Of a stretch of DNA of 64,000 nucleotides, positions 9,041 through 19,626 are shown piece after piece. How positions within the stretch are numbered: the stretch's first letter is position 1; each line of letters begins with the position of its first letter. Where the stretch lies: the NCBI GenBank assembly GCA_048886685.1, contig JBHLKM010000009.1, positions 1 to 64,000 on the forward strand, written 5' to 3'. Below the pieces are notes generated by a model that worked only from the letters and a program-made list of their open reading frames with translations, searched no databases and had not been told where the DNA came from. Both the position numbers and the translations under genes were made by a program. Origin of the DNA: Candidatus Hodarchaeota archaeon. Its GTDB lineage: Archaea; Asgardarchaeota; Lokiarchaeia; Sigyniarchaeales; SOKP01.

Positions 9041-10306
9041 ATGACATCCCAGTTTGAGCAAAAATTAGAAAAATATGCTGAAGTTATATTAAAAATCGGT
9101 TTAAATCTCCAACCTAAACAACGCTTACTCATAGGAGGTCCTTCTTCTAGTTATGATGGTGTATCTATTGAAATGGCTCCATTAGTACGGATAATTGCTA
9201 AAAAAGCATATCAAATGGGAGCTCGATTGGTTGATGTGGTATGGGATGATGAGCAATTACGCTTGATTCGATTTCAGTATGGTCCTAAAAAGGCGCTTAA
9301 AGAATATCCAAAATGGAAAATAGATTCGAGACTCAATATTTCTCAAGCGGGAGATGCAAATCTTCACATTACCTACTCGAATCCAGATTTATTGAAAGAT
9401 GTGGATCTTGGGGTGATTGCAAAATTTCAACTCTATTTACATAAGCATCTTAAGCCTGTATTAAATCTTGTTGGTCAATATGCTTTAAACTGGACAATAA
9501 TTCCTTCATCAAATAGGGCTTGGGCAGATAAATTATTTCCTGAAATTCCTTCAGATGAACGAATCCAGAAATTATGGGATGTTATATTTAAAATTTGTCG
9601 CATAAATGAAAACAATCCTATTATTGCGTGGCAAAATCACAGTGAAAACCTCCACAAACGATGTGATTATTTAAATCAGAAACAGTACAGAGCACTGAAA
9701 TTGACTTCTCCAGAAACAGATCTAACAATCGGGTTGGTTAAGAACCATGTTTGGCATGGTGGGAGTGTAACATCACAAAACGGGATTGACTTTATACCAA
9801 ACTTACCTACTGAAGAAATTTTTACTCTCCCACATAAAGATCAGGTCGAGGGGAGAGTAAAAACTACGAGACCCGTTTATTATCAAGGAAAAGTTGTTGA
9901 TGAATGTGTTTTAAAATTTTCTGAAGGGCGTATAATTGAAGCAGAAGCTAAGGTTGGGAATAAAGTTTTGCTTACAACAATTGATATAGACGAAGGAGCT
10001 CGAAGATTAGGAGAGATTGCCTTAGTACCTAATAGTTCTCCCATATCACAGACAGGATTGCTCTTTTACAATATTTTAATCGATGAAAATGCTTCAAGTC
10101 ATATCGCAATAGGTCAGGGTTACAGAAATTCATTGAAAAATGGTGCTACATTGACAGATAAAGAGTTCTTGGCTGCTGGAGGAAACAATAGCCTTCTTCA
10201 TATAGATTTCATGGTTGGTTCGGGAGAAATGAATGTTGATGGAATATTAGATGATGAAACCACCGAACCAATAATGCGAAATGGAGAATGGGCTTTTGAG
10301 TTATGA
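9041..10306 (+). CDS. Aminopeptidase, M29 family (AmpS/PepS/AmpT-like)
   Basis: LEKYAEV start; PNLPTEEIFT, GEIALV, DENASSHIAIG, HIDFM metal ligands; GEWAF end. Confidence 0.93.
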   Translation: MTSQFEQKLEKYAEVILKIGLNLQPKQRLLIGGPSSSYDGVSIEMAPLVRIIAKKAYQMGARLVDVVWDDEQLRLIRFQYGPKKALKEYPKWKIDSRLNISQAGDANLHITYSNPDLLKDVDLGVIAKFQLYLHKHLKPVLNLVGQYALNWTIIPSSNRAWADKLFPEIPSDERIQKLWDVIFKICRINENNPIIAWQNHSENLHKRCDYLNQKQYRALKLTSPETDLTIGLVKNHVWHGGSVTSQNGIDFIPNLPTEEIFTLPHKDQVEGRVKTTRPVYYQGKVVDECVLKFSEGRIIEAEAKVGNKVLLTTIDIDEGARRLGEIALVPNSSPISQTGLLFYNILIDENASSHIAIGQGYRNSLKNGATLTDKEFLAAGGNNSLLHIDFMVGSGEMNVDGILDDETTEPIMRNGEWAFEL

Positions 10307-10320
10307 AACTTTTTAAGGAA

Positions 10321-10839
10321 TTAACCTCCATTCTTTACCATACGCCGCGTAAGTTCAAGAAAAGCTTTTTCAACATTTTCACCAGTTTTAGCTGAGGTTT
10401 CAATATATAAACAATTTTCATTTTTAGCATATTGTTCTACTGTATTCTTATCTATAATCTGACCAATTTCAGGTATTAAATCTGATTTATTTCCTACTAT
10501 TACTTTAGGTATTTCTTTTATCATAATACTACGCATTTCTGAAAGCCAAGTTTTCATGCCTGAAAATGTATGTTGTCTTGAAAGATCAAAGGTAATCAAT
10601 GCACCAGATGCACCCTCATAAAAACTACGGTGTAGAAATTTGAATCTTTCCTGACCTCCAATATCCCATATATGGAGTTTTACAAATTTTGATGGTTCAT
10701 ATTCCACCGTTTTAGTTAAAAAATCAACTCCAATAGTCAACTTATATTTTAAGGCAAATTCATTATTCACAAATCTATTTAATAAACTTGTTTTACCTAC
10801 CGCACTAGGTCCGACAATTATAACTTTATGGGATTCCAT
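10321..10839 (-). CDS. Rab-like small GTPase
   Basis: GPSAVGKTS, YKLTIGVDF, WDIGGQERF, NKSD, ETSAK; no C-terminal Cys. Confidence 0.93.
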   Translation of the reverse strand: MESHKVIIVGPSAVGKTSLLNRFVNNEFALKYKLTIGVDFLTKTVEYEPSKFVKLHIWDIGGQERFKFLHRSFYEGASGALITFDLSRQHTFSGMKTWLSEMRSIMIKEIPKVIVGNKSDLIPEIGQIIDKNTVEQYAKNENCLYIETSAKTGENVEKAFLELTRRMVKNGG

Positions 10840-10960
10840 TCCATTCTACTATTTATTTTATTCTTAAATCTATAATCCTCTAATATTATTATTAAATTTA
10901 ATCAAAAGTAAATTATTTATATCAAATAGTAATAGGACTTTTTTATCTTAGAGAAACAAT

Positions 10961-11797
10961 ATGAGAGAAAAGGATAAGAAAATTAAGAAAAAACACGATG
11001 TAAAAACCGGTTATTTTGAAGATGGGCTTCCCTACGCTCGAATTGGCAACAAATCAAATATATTAGTTAATATTGAAGGATTATCATTCAACCATGAGCC
11101 TCCTTCAGGTTATATGTTAAGGCGATTTGTAAAATCAGCTAGACCATTTATGGAAGATTATACTGTTCATCTTATAGGGCGAAAACAAAATGTTCCAGAA
11201 GATTATACTTTTACGGACATGGCAAATGATTATGCAAATATGATCCAAAGGGAATTCAAAAAACCTGTTTTTATAATGGGAGCATCCACAGGAGGTCAAA
11301 TCGCTCAATATTTAGCTGCCAATCATCCTGATACAGTTAAAAAACTGATTATTATCTCTGCGGCATATCGGGTAAGTGAAAAAGGAGTTGAAGTCGAGAG
11401 AAAAGCAGCAGAATGCTTTAAACAAGGAAAGTATGGAAAATCGCTAGCAACTTTGTTAGATTTGATCTTTTCCTCAAGGATTACCAGAAGTATACCCAAA
11501 ACTTTAACTTGGTTATTCGGAAAAAGGTTTATGGGGAGTATAAAATATCCAAATGATTTCTTGACAGAAGTTCGAGGAGATATAGGAATGAATTTCAAAG
11601 ATAGGTTAAAGGATATTAAGGCTCCAACTTTGGTATTGAGTGGAGAATTAGATATTTGTTATACTGCTGACGATGTTCGAATGACTGTTGAAGGAATTCC
11701 TAACGCTAAATTGATTCTCTATGAAGGACGTGGGCATAATCTCGCTGGCAAATGGAAAGTACTTCAAAAGGATATATTAGAATTCCTAAATATCTGA
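10961..11797 (+). CDS. Alpha/beta hydrolase
   Basis: GASTGG nucleophile elbow, PTLVLSGELD, GHN. Confidence 0.85.
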   Translation: MREKDKKIKKKHDVKTGYFEDGLPYARIGNKSNILVNIEGLSFNHEPPSGYMLRRFVKSARPFMEDYTVHLIGRKQNVPEDYTFTDMANDYANMIQREFKKPVFIMGASTGGQIAQYLAANHPDTVKKLIIISAAYRVSEKGVEVERKAAECFKQGKYGKSLATLLDLIFSSRITRSIPKTLTWLFGKRFMGSIKYPNDFLTEVRGDIGMNFKDRLKDIKAPTLVLSGELDICYTADDVRMTVEGIPNAKLILYEGRGHNLAGKWKVLQKDILEFLNI

Positions 11798-11808
11798 ATC
11801 GATATTAT

Positions 11809-12453
11809 TTATCCTTCCCTTTCTTTAATCGTATGTCCTGCGTCTTCCCATGTTTCTCTCATTACAGGATTTTTTTTAAGAAACGCATCAACCACTTCCT
11901 TTTTCACATGATTAAAAGGGCAAGAGAAATTTAAGCAAACACCACACCTTTTTAAAAACAAAAAACTAAAGAAAATAATAATTTCTATAATTGAAATTAT
12001 TAAAACAATAAATTGATTACCTAGTATTAAGAAAATTAGGGGATAACCTACAAGAATTATAAAGCCAATCATTAGCTGAATTTTTTCAGATAAATTCATG
12101 GGTTCAGGGTGATATTTCCAGATTTTTAAACTCCCGTAATTAGCAATGCAATGTAAGGTTTTCCCTTCTTCTGCATAGTAGGGACAATGACTACAGAGAA
12201 TTCGGATTTCCCAAAATTCAAAGAAAAAAACCCAAAAACCTAGCCAACCTAATAAAAACCAGCCAAAACCTGCTGTGATGACGCCGAAAAAAGCAGTAAT
12301 GACGAAAATAATGAAAAATCCAAAAAAATTAAATAAATATTTTCTACGGAAATGACATATTAGATTATCTTTTATGGAACAGTGATTACATTCTTCAATA
12401 TCTTTCCAAATACAAATATCGTGCGGATTTTTCATTTCTTTGAAATTAATCAA
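11809..12453 (-). CDS. Cys-rich four-TM membrane protein, unknown function
   Basis: Hydrophobic segments flanked by C..CNHC..C, CSHCPYY..C and CGVCLNFSCPFNH. Confidence 0.75.
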   Translation of the reverse strand: MINFKEMKNPHDICIWKDIEECNHCSIKDNLICHFRRKYLFNFFGFFIIFVITAFFGVITAGFGWFLLGWLGFWVFFFEFWEIRILCSHCPYYAEEGKTLHCIANYGSLKIWKYHPEPMNLSEKIQLMIGFIILVGYPLIFLILGNQFIVLIISIIEIIIFFSFLFLKRCGVCLNFSCPFNHVKKEVVDAFLKKNPVMRETWEDAGHTIKEREG

Positions 12454-12468
12454 ATAATATTATAGTTT

Positions 12469-12978
12469 CTAATTTGATAACTCTTGTATTAGACTACAAA
12501 TTTTTTGTGGATTTCTTGTAGAGAAAACGAATGGCCTGCCCTTTTGAAAGATCAATTTTACAGCTTCTCCGAAATCTGTGGTATATGCCCATGATCCATC
12601 TAAGCCTAATCGAATTCCTATTCCTCCATACCTCCTAAAATACGCCCTAGTTATCTCACATCTGGAAACTTCTTCCAATGGGATTCTCTTGTGGTTAAAA
12701 ATTCCATACACAACGTCAAGTTGATTTTTGGTTATGGTAATCCTAAGCCCTCTGAAGTTCCAGTATAAAAGCATTATAAATATACTTATACCGCTAAAAA
12801 TTATACCGATATATGTCAATTCTTTAGGCATAAAAGCAGCAATTGTTATCCCAATTGTAATAATTAATAAAAATAAGGATAGCATGATAATTTTTACAAT
12901 TTTCCCTGCCGGAACCCATTCCATATACACAGGTTCTTCATTTTTTTTGAGATTATTTTCACTCATTACCCTTCTCAC
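12469..12978 (-). CDS. Two-TM membrane protein with bacterial PH-like C-terminal domain
   Basis: Two TM helices then LRITIT..L.V.YG...KRIPLEEV...YGGIGIR...FSTRNP. Confidence 0.7.
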   Translation of the reverse strand: MRRVMSENNLKKNEEPVYMEWVPAGKIVKIIMLSLFLLIITIGITIAAFMPKELTYIGIIFSGISIFIMLLYWNFRGLRITITKNQLDVVYGIFNHKRIPLEEVSRCEITRAYFRRYGGIGIRLGLDGSWAYTTDFGEAVKLIFQKGRPFVFSTRNPQKICSLIQELSN

Positions 12979-13120
12979 TAATTTAATTTTACATCTCTTG
13001 TCATGTAAACTATAAATAATAAAGGATATAAATTCTTTTTACTAAGTATTTTCTATTGTTTAGAAAATATGAATTGTTAAAACCAAACATTCATTATCCC
13101 CCAAAAGTGATAGATTAATT

Positions 13121-13369
13121 ATGAACGAATTTAAAGATAGAGTGGCTGTAATCACTGGTGCAGCTAGTGGAATTGGTCGAGCAATTGCTGAAAATTTTGG
13201 CCAAGAAGGCATGAAAGTTGTTATATCTGACATTGAAGAAGAAGCTTTATCTCACACAGAAGCTAAACTTAAAGAGATGGGATTTGATGTTCTAGCTCTC
13301 ACTACTGATGTTTCGGAATTTGAAGATGTGAAGAACCTTGATTTATATAGTTATGCTAAATTCGTTTAG
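13121..13369 (+). pseudogene. Truncated short-chain dehydrogenase (N-terminal Rossmann fragment only)
   Basis: VAVITGAASGIGRAIA..VVISDI..TDVS, then loses similarity and stops at 82 aa; no NAG or YxxxK in the 100 bp before the next gene. Confidence 0.8.
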
Positions 13370-13470
13370 AAAAACAACTATGTCTCAATTAACAATAAAA
13401 ATTTATTCAAAATCTCTTTAAAAAAATTAAAATTAGAAACAAGATCTGCTATGATATATTTGCTTTATTT

Positions 13471-14007
13471 TCAGTCTTCCTTCTTTTGAGAAATATATTT
13501 AATAATACCTAATATTGGATTAAGTCGAGGTACTTTTTCTTTATATTTCTCATATTCTTCCCCAAATTTTTTGATAAGGTTTTTATCTTCAGAGTAAGTC
13601 CATTGATAGGTTAAAATTATAATAATAATGCTGAGAACTACACTTAATAACATCTGAGTCCATAAACTAATAGTAATGGTAAATAAAATTCCCCCTAAAT
13701 ATTGAGGATGGCGTATTATTGCATACGGACCTTTCGTTACCAGCTTGTTGGTATATACATACATTTTACCCTTTTCAACATTCCCTCTTTTTTTGAAAGT
13801 TCGAAAAGAAATCAATCCAAAATAGAGACTGAATACCCAAACTATCCATCCAATATGCGCTAGAAAGGTAATCCCTAACTCATTATAGAAGATAAACATC
13901 ATAATGATTTGAATAATAAATGCTGTTGTGAATATCGTGGTAAAAATAATAGATCCTAAACTGTATTTTTGATTATCCTTCGTGATTATTACCTCATTTT
14001 TTAACAT
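13471..14007 (-). CDS. Isoprenylcysteine carboxyl methyltransferase / PEMT-family membrane methyltransferase
   Basis: LVTKGPYAIIRHPQYLG and ED..L...FG.EY..Y..KVPR motifs. Confidence 0.85.
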   Translation of the reverse strand: MLKNEVIITKDNQKYSLGSIIFTTIFTTAFIIQIIMMFIFYNELGITFLAHIGWIVWVFSLYFGLISFRTFKKRGNVEKGKMYVYTNKLVTKGPYAIIRHPQYLGGILFTITISLWTQMLLSVVLSIIIIILTYQWTYSEDKNLIKKFGEEYEKYKEKVPRLNPILGIIKYISQKKED

Positions 14008-14097
14008 TTTTCGAATATCACCTAAAATTTTAAATATTTATTGTTACTTATATATAATTAAACTTAAATATTTAAACTTAATCATTTTAATTTAACT

Positions 14098-14736
14098 ATG
14101 CCGAAAAAAAGATTTACTTCACTAAAAACATTCATTTTAGGAGTAATGAATCAAATTCCTAAACCTATGAGTGGGTATGAGCTTATTACTATTGCAAATG
14201 AATGGCATTATGATCACTATATTAATGCTACAAATGCATCTTTTTATTATACATTAAAGCAATTAGAGGGGGAGGATTTTATTAAAGAAAGCGGTACTAA
14301 ACAAGAAGGAAATCGTCCTGAAAAGACAATATATAGATTAACGAACAAAGGAAGAAAAGAATTTCAAGAACAGATGAAATTTTTTTTAGCTGAGATTCAG
14401 GAAATTTACTATGACATTGATTCAACAATGCCTTTTATCACACTTTTTGGTTCAATCATTGGAAAAAAATTTATATTAGATTCCATAAATACGCAAATCG
14501 AGAAAATTAGAGCAATGTTCGACCATGCCGATGAGGGTGAGAAAATAGTAACTTCTCATTTTTCATACGAATTTAGTCCATTCAATATTTTACCTTTAAA
14601 GCATTGGAAACTCCATGCTGAAGCTGAATTAAAGTGGCTTGAAATTTTTAAAGAATTGGTTGAATCGATAGATGATTTCAAACAGATTTATCAAAAATTT
14701 ATAGAAAAATCCCTTGAAATAAGTCAAGAAGAATAG
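14098..14736 (+). CDS. PadR-family transcriptional regulator
   Basis: ILG...PMSGYEL...SFYYTLKQLE...NRPEKTIYRLTNKGR...AELKWL; divergent from the methyltransferase. Confidence 0.88.
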   Translation: MPKKRFTSLKTFILGVMNQIPKPMSGYELITIANEWHYDHYINATNASFYYTLKQLEGEDFIKESGTKQEGNRPEKTIYRLTNKGRKEFQEQMKFFLAEIQEIYYDIDSTMPFITLFGSIIGKKFILDSINTQIEKIRAMFDHADEGEKIVTSHFSYEFSPFNILPLKHWKLHAEAELKWLEIFKELVESIDDFKQIYQKFIEKSLEISQEE

Positions 14737-14852
14737 TCTTAAATTTCTATATCATTCCCTAGAAATATGTAAATATTATAATTAATAAAAAGAGTTTTAA
14801 ATGAAAATCGTCACTAATGGTTTAAATTTAATTATAAAATGGATATGATCTT

Positions 14853-15818
14853 ATGGCAGTACAAATTGGAAAAATGATATTATACGGGGTTCTCAGTGCG
14901 CTCTTTTACATAGTTGTACCCTTAGTTTTGTTTGAGATTCTTGAAGCGTATAATATTATGACCTTTGAAACCTCGTTTATAATTGCTATTATAATATTTG
15001 GAATTATAGGCGTTGTTATTTCAATGCTAAGACATCTATTTCCAAAAGACACCCCAGCAAATCGATGGGTAGCTTTTGGAGCCACTGTTTATTCCGGTAT
15101 TTACCTATTCTACATGTTTGGGGGATTTACGCCGGGGGTATCTTTAGGTACTTATAGAATTGATCTTCCTATGATTCAGGTTCTTTTAGGTCTTCAATTA
15201 ATCGCATGGTTATTTTTAACATCATCTGGGATTAGAGCCTTACAGTATTTTATCGAAGCTCTTGAACTTCGTAAGAAAAAACAATACACTGTAACAATGA
15301 GAAAACAATTTAAACTCAGTGTATTGTTTAAAGTTCTAGGAACAATTATGGGACTAGGTATAGCAGGATACTTTGGATCATTGATTTATAGTGGAACAAA
15401 TCTTGGTTTTGATATTCATGATACTATTTATCCTAATTATGATCATAAAGGAACTCCGAGTACCCTTGATGATGAATTCAATATTACGATGACATTTGAC
15501 GTGGACAATCAAGGAATATATGCAATTTATGATCTTACTATGGATTTTTATATTTATACTAAGGATACATCAAATCCAATAGCTCTCCCCGAATATACAA
15601 AAATCGGACAGACTTTAAATAATTATTATGGTACAATTCACTCCTTTAGTAGTCAACCAAATAACAATATTACAGTGGGCATGTTTCAGCCTTACTTTGC
15701 AGGATTAAATACTACCGATGCTACATTGGAATTTAAGATATCTTTTTCAACGTTATATGCAGGGATTTTTATAGATTTAAATATATCATTTGAAGTCCCA
15801 TGGAATGCACCACCTTAA
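14853..15818 (+). CDS. Hypothetical membrane protein (about 5 TM plus C-terminal soluble beta-rich domain)
   Basis: Hydrophobic N-terminal half; N-x-T-rich C-terminal domain. Confidence 0.7.
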   Translation: MAVQIGKMILYGVLSALFYIVVPLVLFEILEAYNIMTFETSFIIAIIIFGIIGVVISMLRHLFPKDTPANRWVAFGATVYSGIYLFYMFGGFTPGVSLGTYRIDLPMIQVLLGLQLIAWLFLTSSGIRALQYFIEALELRKKKQYTVTMRKQFKLSVLFKVLGTIMGLGIAGYFGSLIYSGTNLGFDIHDTIYPNYDHKGTPSTLDDEFNITMTFDVDNQGIYAIYDLTMDFYIYTKDTSNPIALPEYTKIGQTLNNYYGTIHSFSSQPNNNITVGMFQPYFAGLNTTDATLEFKISFSTLYAGIFIDLNISFEVPWNAPP

Positions 15819-15998
15819 AATAATGATTTAATAAATTTCCTTATCCTTTTTTTTTCCGATATTAAACCTTTTAAAACGTTAGTTTAACTAGCTTTACCAG
15901 TAACTCTAGCATATTTTCTCTTAAATTATTTAAAATTTCATTGAGGGGCTATTTTTTAATACAAGTGAAAACCTTGTATGTGTTAGTGATTAAAAAAA

Positions 15999-18440
15999 TT
16001 GAAAGTAAATCAGGAGCAAAAAGAGTTCCACATTTCAATAAAAGATGTTATTTTTGCCTCGTCAGAACGAAAATATTTTATATCAGTGGTTCCATTGCGC
16101 ATTCGAGCCTCAAAAGGAACTGAGGTTCATCAAATCTTCCAAAATGACCGAAAAAAAGCAGAAAAAAACTTCCAACAGGAGGTTTTGGTAAAAATACAAA
16201 CAAAAGTCCAAGGGTGGAATTTTATCATCTCGGGGCGTGCTGATATCGTCTATGAGAAAGAGGGAACCGTGATTATTGAAGAAATCAAGTCAATCTCTGA
16301 TCTTGAAGCAATTTCTCTTGAGTCTGAAACTGCCGAAGAGTATCGTAATCAGTTATTATTGTATGGACATTATTTTCTCCAATTGGGGAAACAAATTCAA
16401 TGTCGCCTTGTTCTAATTGATATATTTACTAATAAAACCAAAATTATCGATATTCCACCTCGGGATCTTTCGAATTATATTAAAAAACAATGTGAAACTA
16501 TTTTAAGTTCCTGGGAAAAGGAACAAATCTCGAAAGCAGAAAAAAGAAATCGTGCTGAAACATTAAAGTTTCCTTTTGAGAAATTTCGCCCTAATCAAGG
16601 AGAAATTATCCAAAAAACTACCCAATGTCTTCAAAAACGAGAACGGTTAATGCTTTTGGCTCCTTCGGGTTTAGGAAAGACTATTGGGACGCTCTATCCC
16701 GCGTTAAAATATGCATTAAAGAAAAATAAGCGAGTATTCGTAATTACATCAAAAACTACTCAACAGCATATCTATCGGGAGACTTTACGGATATTTGCAA
16801 AAAATAAAGCAAAATTTAATTCGATTATTCTCACCGCAAAAGAAAAGATGTGTGTAAATAGTGCTTTTATTTGCGAGAAATCAATGTGCCCCTTCCTTGA
16901 GAATTATGGGAAGGTATCATTGAGTGAGATTGTTTCTGAAATGCTCACTAAACAAGTCATTGATTCTCGCTATATTCGAAAAATGGCAAGAACTCATACT
17001 GTCTGCCCCTTTGAAATTTCTCTGGATTGTGCTCTCCTTTGTGATGTGATTATAGGTGATTATAATTATGTATTCCATCCATACATTAAATTGAAGAGGT
17101 TTTTTGATCAAGCCTATGATGATATCATATTGATTGTCGATGAAGCCCATAATTTACCTTTCCGAGCGATGACTTATTATTCCCCAGAAATAACTCTGCA
17201 ATCCCTCGAAGATGCTACTGATTACTTGCGATTACTACACATACCAAAATCTATTGAGAAGAAAGGTATTGCCATTTACCAACAAATTACCCAGTTTATT
17301 ATGGACTTAATTAACCAATTTCCCGATTTGGAAACAAAAAGACCAGTTCTAATGAAATTTGATAAGAAATTTTTTCGAAAAATGTTGAAAGGCTGTGATC
17401 AATTTATTTTGTCTTATATTCAGGCTTTCATTTTCCAAAGAGGGGTTCAACCAAGAGGGAAAGATAAAATTATAGAGTTTGCTTTGAATTTACGTCAGTT
17501 CTATTCAATCCTAAAAGAGAGTGACTCTCCTGAGTATAGTGAATTATTATATATAAAGGAGGGAAAAATTAAAATATTATGTAAATCAGCAGCACCGAAA
17601 CTAAAAAAGCAGATCGCAGGTTTTCATTCTGTCGTCATGCAATCTGCGACCTTATTTCCCTTGGAGTATTTCCGAAAAATGGTTGGATTTCCCTCCACAG
17701 CACATAAAATACAATATAATACTCCTTTTCCTCAACAAAATCGTCTTTATCTCCTTATGCCCTATCTTTCTACCAAATATGAAGACCGTCAGGAATCGTA
17801 TGATCAGATTGCCAGAACAATTTTTAATGCTGTAAATGTTAAAAAAGGTAATTATTTGGCTTTTTTTCCTTCATTTGCATACCTTAGAGCTGTTCAACGG
17901 GAGATTGAAACTCACTCGCTTTTAATTGAGCTCATAGTACAAGAACGTAAAATGAGTGAGAGCAAACGCAGAAATTATTTAAAAAAAATGAAAGATCCTA
18001 GTAAAAATTATCTTTTATTAGGTGTACACGGGGGAATCTTTAGTGAAGGTGTGGATTTTATCGGAGATATGGCCATTGGAGCTTTCATTATAGGTCCTGG
18101 ACTACCCGCATTTTCAATGGAACAAGAATTAATGCAAAAATATTATGAACTCAAATGGAAAAAAGGTTTCGAATATGCCTATCGGAATCCCGGGATGATG
18201 AAAGTGATTCAAGCTGCTGGACGGATTTTCAGAACATCTGCTGATCGTGGGTTTGTGATGTTAATTGGACACCGATTTAGCACATCCTATTATAATAGTG
18301 TTCTTCCAAGTGATTGGGTAATTGAACAACCACCTGATCTCATCAAGCGGATTCGAACATTTTGGGCAGCTCAAATTGATGATTTTACTAGGAAAAGTCA
18401 AAAGGCTGTAGATTTGTTCGATTTTGTTGAAAAACTCTAG
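15999..18440 (+). CDS. DinG/Rad3/XPD-family Fe-S helicase with N-terminal PD-(D/E)xK (Cas4-like) nuclease domain
   Basis: G.EVH..SGRAD..IEEIKS..QLLLY nuclease; FRPNQ, APSGLGKT, C..C..CP..CP Fe-S, DEAH, SATL, FSEGVD, QAAGRIFR. Confidence 0.9.
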   Translation: MKVNQEQKEFHISIKDVIFASSERKYFISVVPLRIRASKGTEVHQIFQNDRKKAEKNFQQEVLVKIQTKVQGWNFIISGRADIVYEKEGTVIIEEIKSISDLEAISLESETAEEYRNQLLLYGHYFLQLGKQIQCRLVLIDIFTNKTKIIDIPPRDLSNYIKKQCETILSSWEKEQISKAEKRNRAETLKFPFEKFRPNQGEIIQKTTQCLQKRERLMLLAPSGLGKTIGTLYPALKYALKKNKRVFVITSKTTQQHIYRETLRIFAKNKAKFNSIILTAKEKMCVNSAFICEKSMCPFLENYGKVSLSEIVSEMLTKQVIDSRYIRKMARTHTVCPFEISLDCALLCDVIIGDYNYVFHPYIKLKRFFDQAYDDIILIVDEAHNLPFRAMTYYSPEITLQSLEDATDYLRLLHIPKSIEKKGIAIYQQITQFIMDLINQFPDLETKRPVLMKFDKKFFRKMLKGCDQFILSYIQAFIFQRGVQPRGKDKIIEFALNLRQFYSILKESDSPEYSELLYIKEGKIKILCKSAAPKLKKQIAGFHSVVMQSATLFPLEYFRKMVGFPSTAHKIQYNTPFPQQNRLYLLMPYLSTKYEDRQESYDQIARTIFNAVNVKKGNYLAFFPSFAYLRAVQREIETHSLLIELIVQERKMSESKRRNYLKKMKDPSKNYLLLGVHGGIFSEGVDFIGDMAIGAFIIGPGLPAFSMEQELMQKYYELKWKKGFEYAYRNPGMMKVIQAAGRIFRTSADRGFVMLIGHRFSTSYYNSVLPSDWVIEQPPDLIKRIRTFWAAQIDDFTRKSQKAVDLFDFVEKL

Positions 18441-18486
18441 TCATAGGATCTTAAAAATAATAAATTTTTGAACATTATCAAGATTC

Positions 18487-19410
18487 ATGTTAAGTCAGGA
18501 AAAATTACTAAAAGACGGAAAGCTTCATATCTTTCTTTTAGGATCTGGGGGACCAATTAACAATGAAAAAAGAGTTACTTCAAGTATTGCAATTATTGCT
18601 AACGAAGAATTTATCCTTTTCGATGTTGGACCAGGTACGTACCGGAATGCGGATATAATGAGGCTTCCAGTCACTCAATTAAGCGCGATATTTCTTACTC
18701 ATTTTCATTCAGATCATATCGGAGATTTAGGAGAAGCGAATATGATGTCGTGGGCAAATGGAAGATCAAAACCTCTGGTAGTATACGGACCGAAGGGAGT
18801 TGATAAGGTGGTTAATGGATTTAAAATGGCCTATGAATTTGATACAGGATATAGGATTGCTCATCATGGAGATGAAATTGTACCTCCTGAAGCAGGAATA
18901 CCTATAAGTAAGACTATTACAATTCAGGCACCCGATTATCGAGAACTATGTTATAATAGAAATGGGGTAAAAATTTATGCATTTGAGGTTAACCATTCTC
19001 CTGTAAGTCCAGCAGTTGGATATCGAATTGAATATAAAGGTTTGATTGTTGTAATAACAGGCGACACGATAAAAACAGAAAATCTTGTTAAACACAGTAA
19101 TAATGCAGACATTTTATTCAGCGAAGCAATTTCTTTTGATTTATTAAATAATCTGATTGCAGCAGTTAAAAAAATTAATCCAAGAACAGCTAAAATTTTA
19201 ACAGACGTCCAAACTTATCATATGGATCCTGTTTCAGCCGCAAAATTAGCCGAGGAAGCACATGTAAAGAAGCTTGTGTTTGTTCACATTACACCTCCCC
19301 TCCCAAATAAAAATGTCGAAAATATCTATTTAAACGGGGTAGTTGACGAATTTAGTGGAGATATAGTTTTGGGTGAAGACCGCATGAAATTTAGCCTTGA
19401 ACCAAAATGA
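18487..19410 (+). CDS. Metallo-beta-lactamase fold hydrolase (RNase Z/arylsulfatase-like)
   Basis: LLGSGGP, THFHSDH, VNHSP, TGDT, YH, VH. Confidence 0.85.
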   Translation: MLSQEKLLKDGKLHIFLLGSGGPINNEKRVTSSIAIIANEEFILFDVGPGTYRNADIMRLPVTQLSAIFLTHFHSDHIGDLGEANMMSWANGRSKPLVVYGPKGVDKVVNGFKMAYEFDTGYRIAHHGDEIVPPEAGIPISKTITIQAPDYRELCYNRNGVKIYAFEVNHSPVSPAVGYRIEYKGLIVVITGDTIKTENLVKHSNNADILFSEAISFDLLNNLIAAVKKINPRTAKILTDVQTYHMDPVSAAKLAEEAHVKKLVFVHITPPLPNKNVENIYLNGVVDEFSGDIVLGEDRMKFSLEPK

Positions 19411-19626
19411 TTAAATAAATTTATACTGAGAGAAAAATTATTTATTTGAATTTACTCTTCATAAAATCAATTACTTGTACTTTAGACACGATTATACACT
19501 CAATTCTTCTCTGTAGAATTATTATTAATTGGAGTTAATAAATACGATCCATTCATCTATTCCAAGAAAATAATCTTTATCACTAATAAATCTCAACTGA
19601 AATGGGATTAAATCCAAATTATGTAA

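Noticed and set aside
10321-14007. Rab-like GTPase near an isoprenylcysteine methyltransferase-family gene as a prenylation system
   Set aside because: The GTPase has no C-terminal Cys, the family is widespread in prokaryotes, and unrelated genes intervene
14058-14081. TTAAACTTAA direct repeat before PadR
   Set aside because: Plausible operator but not distinguishable from AT-rich background
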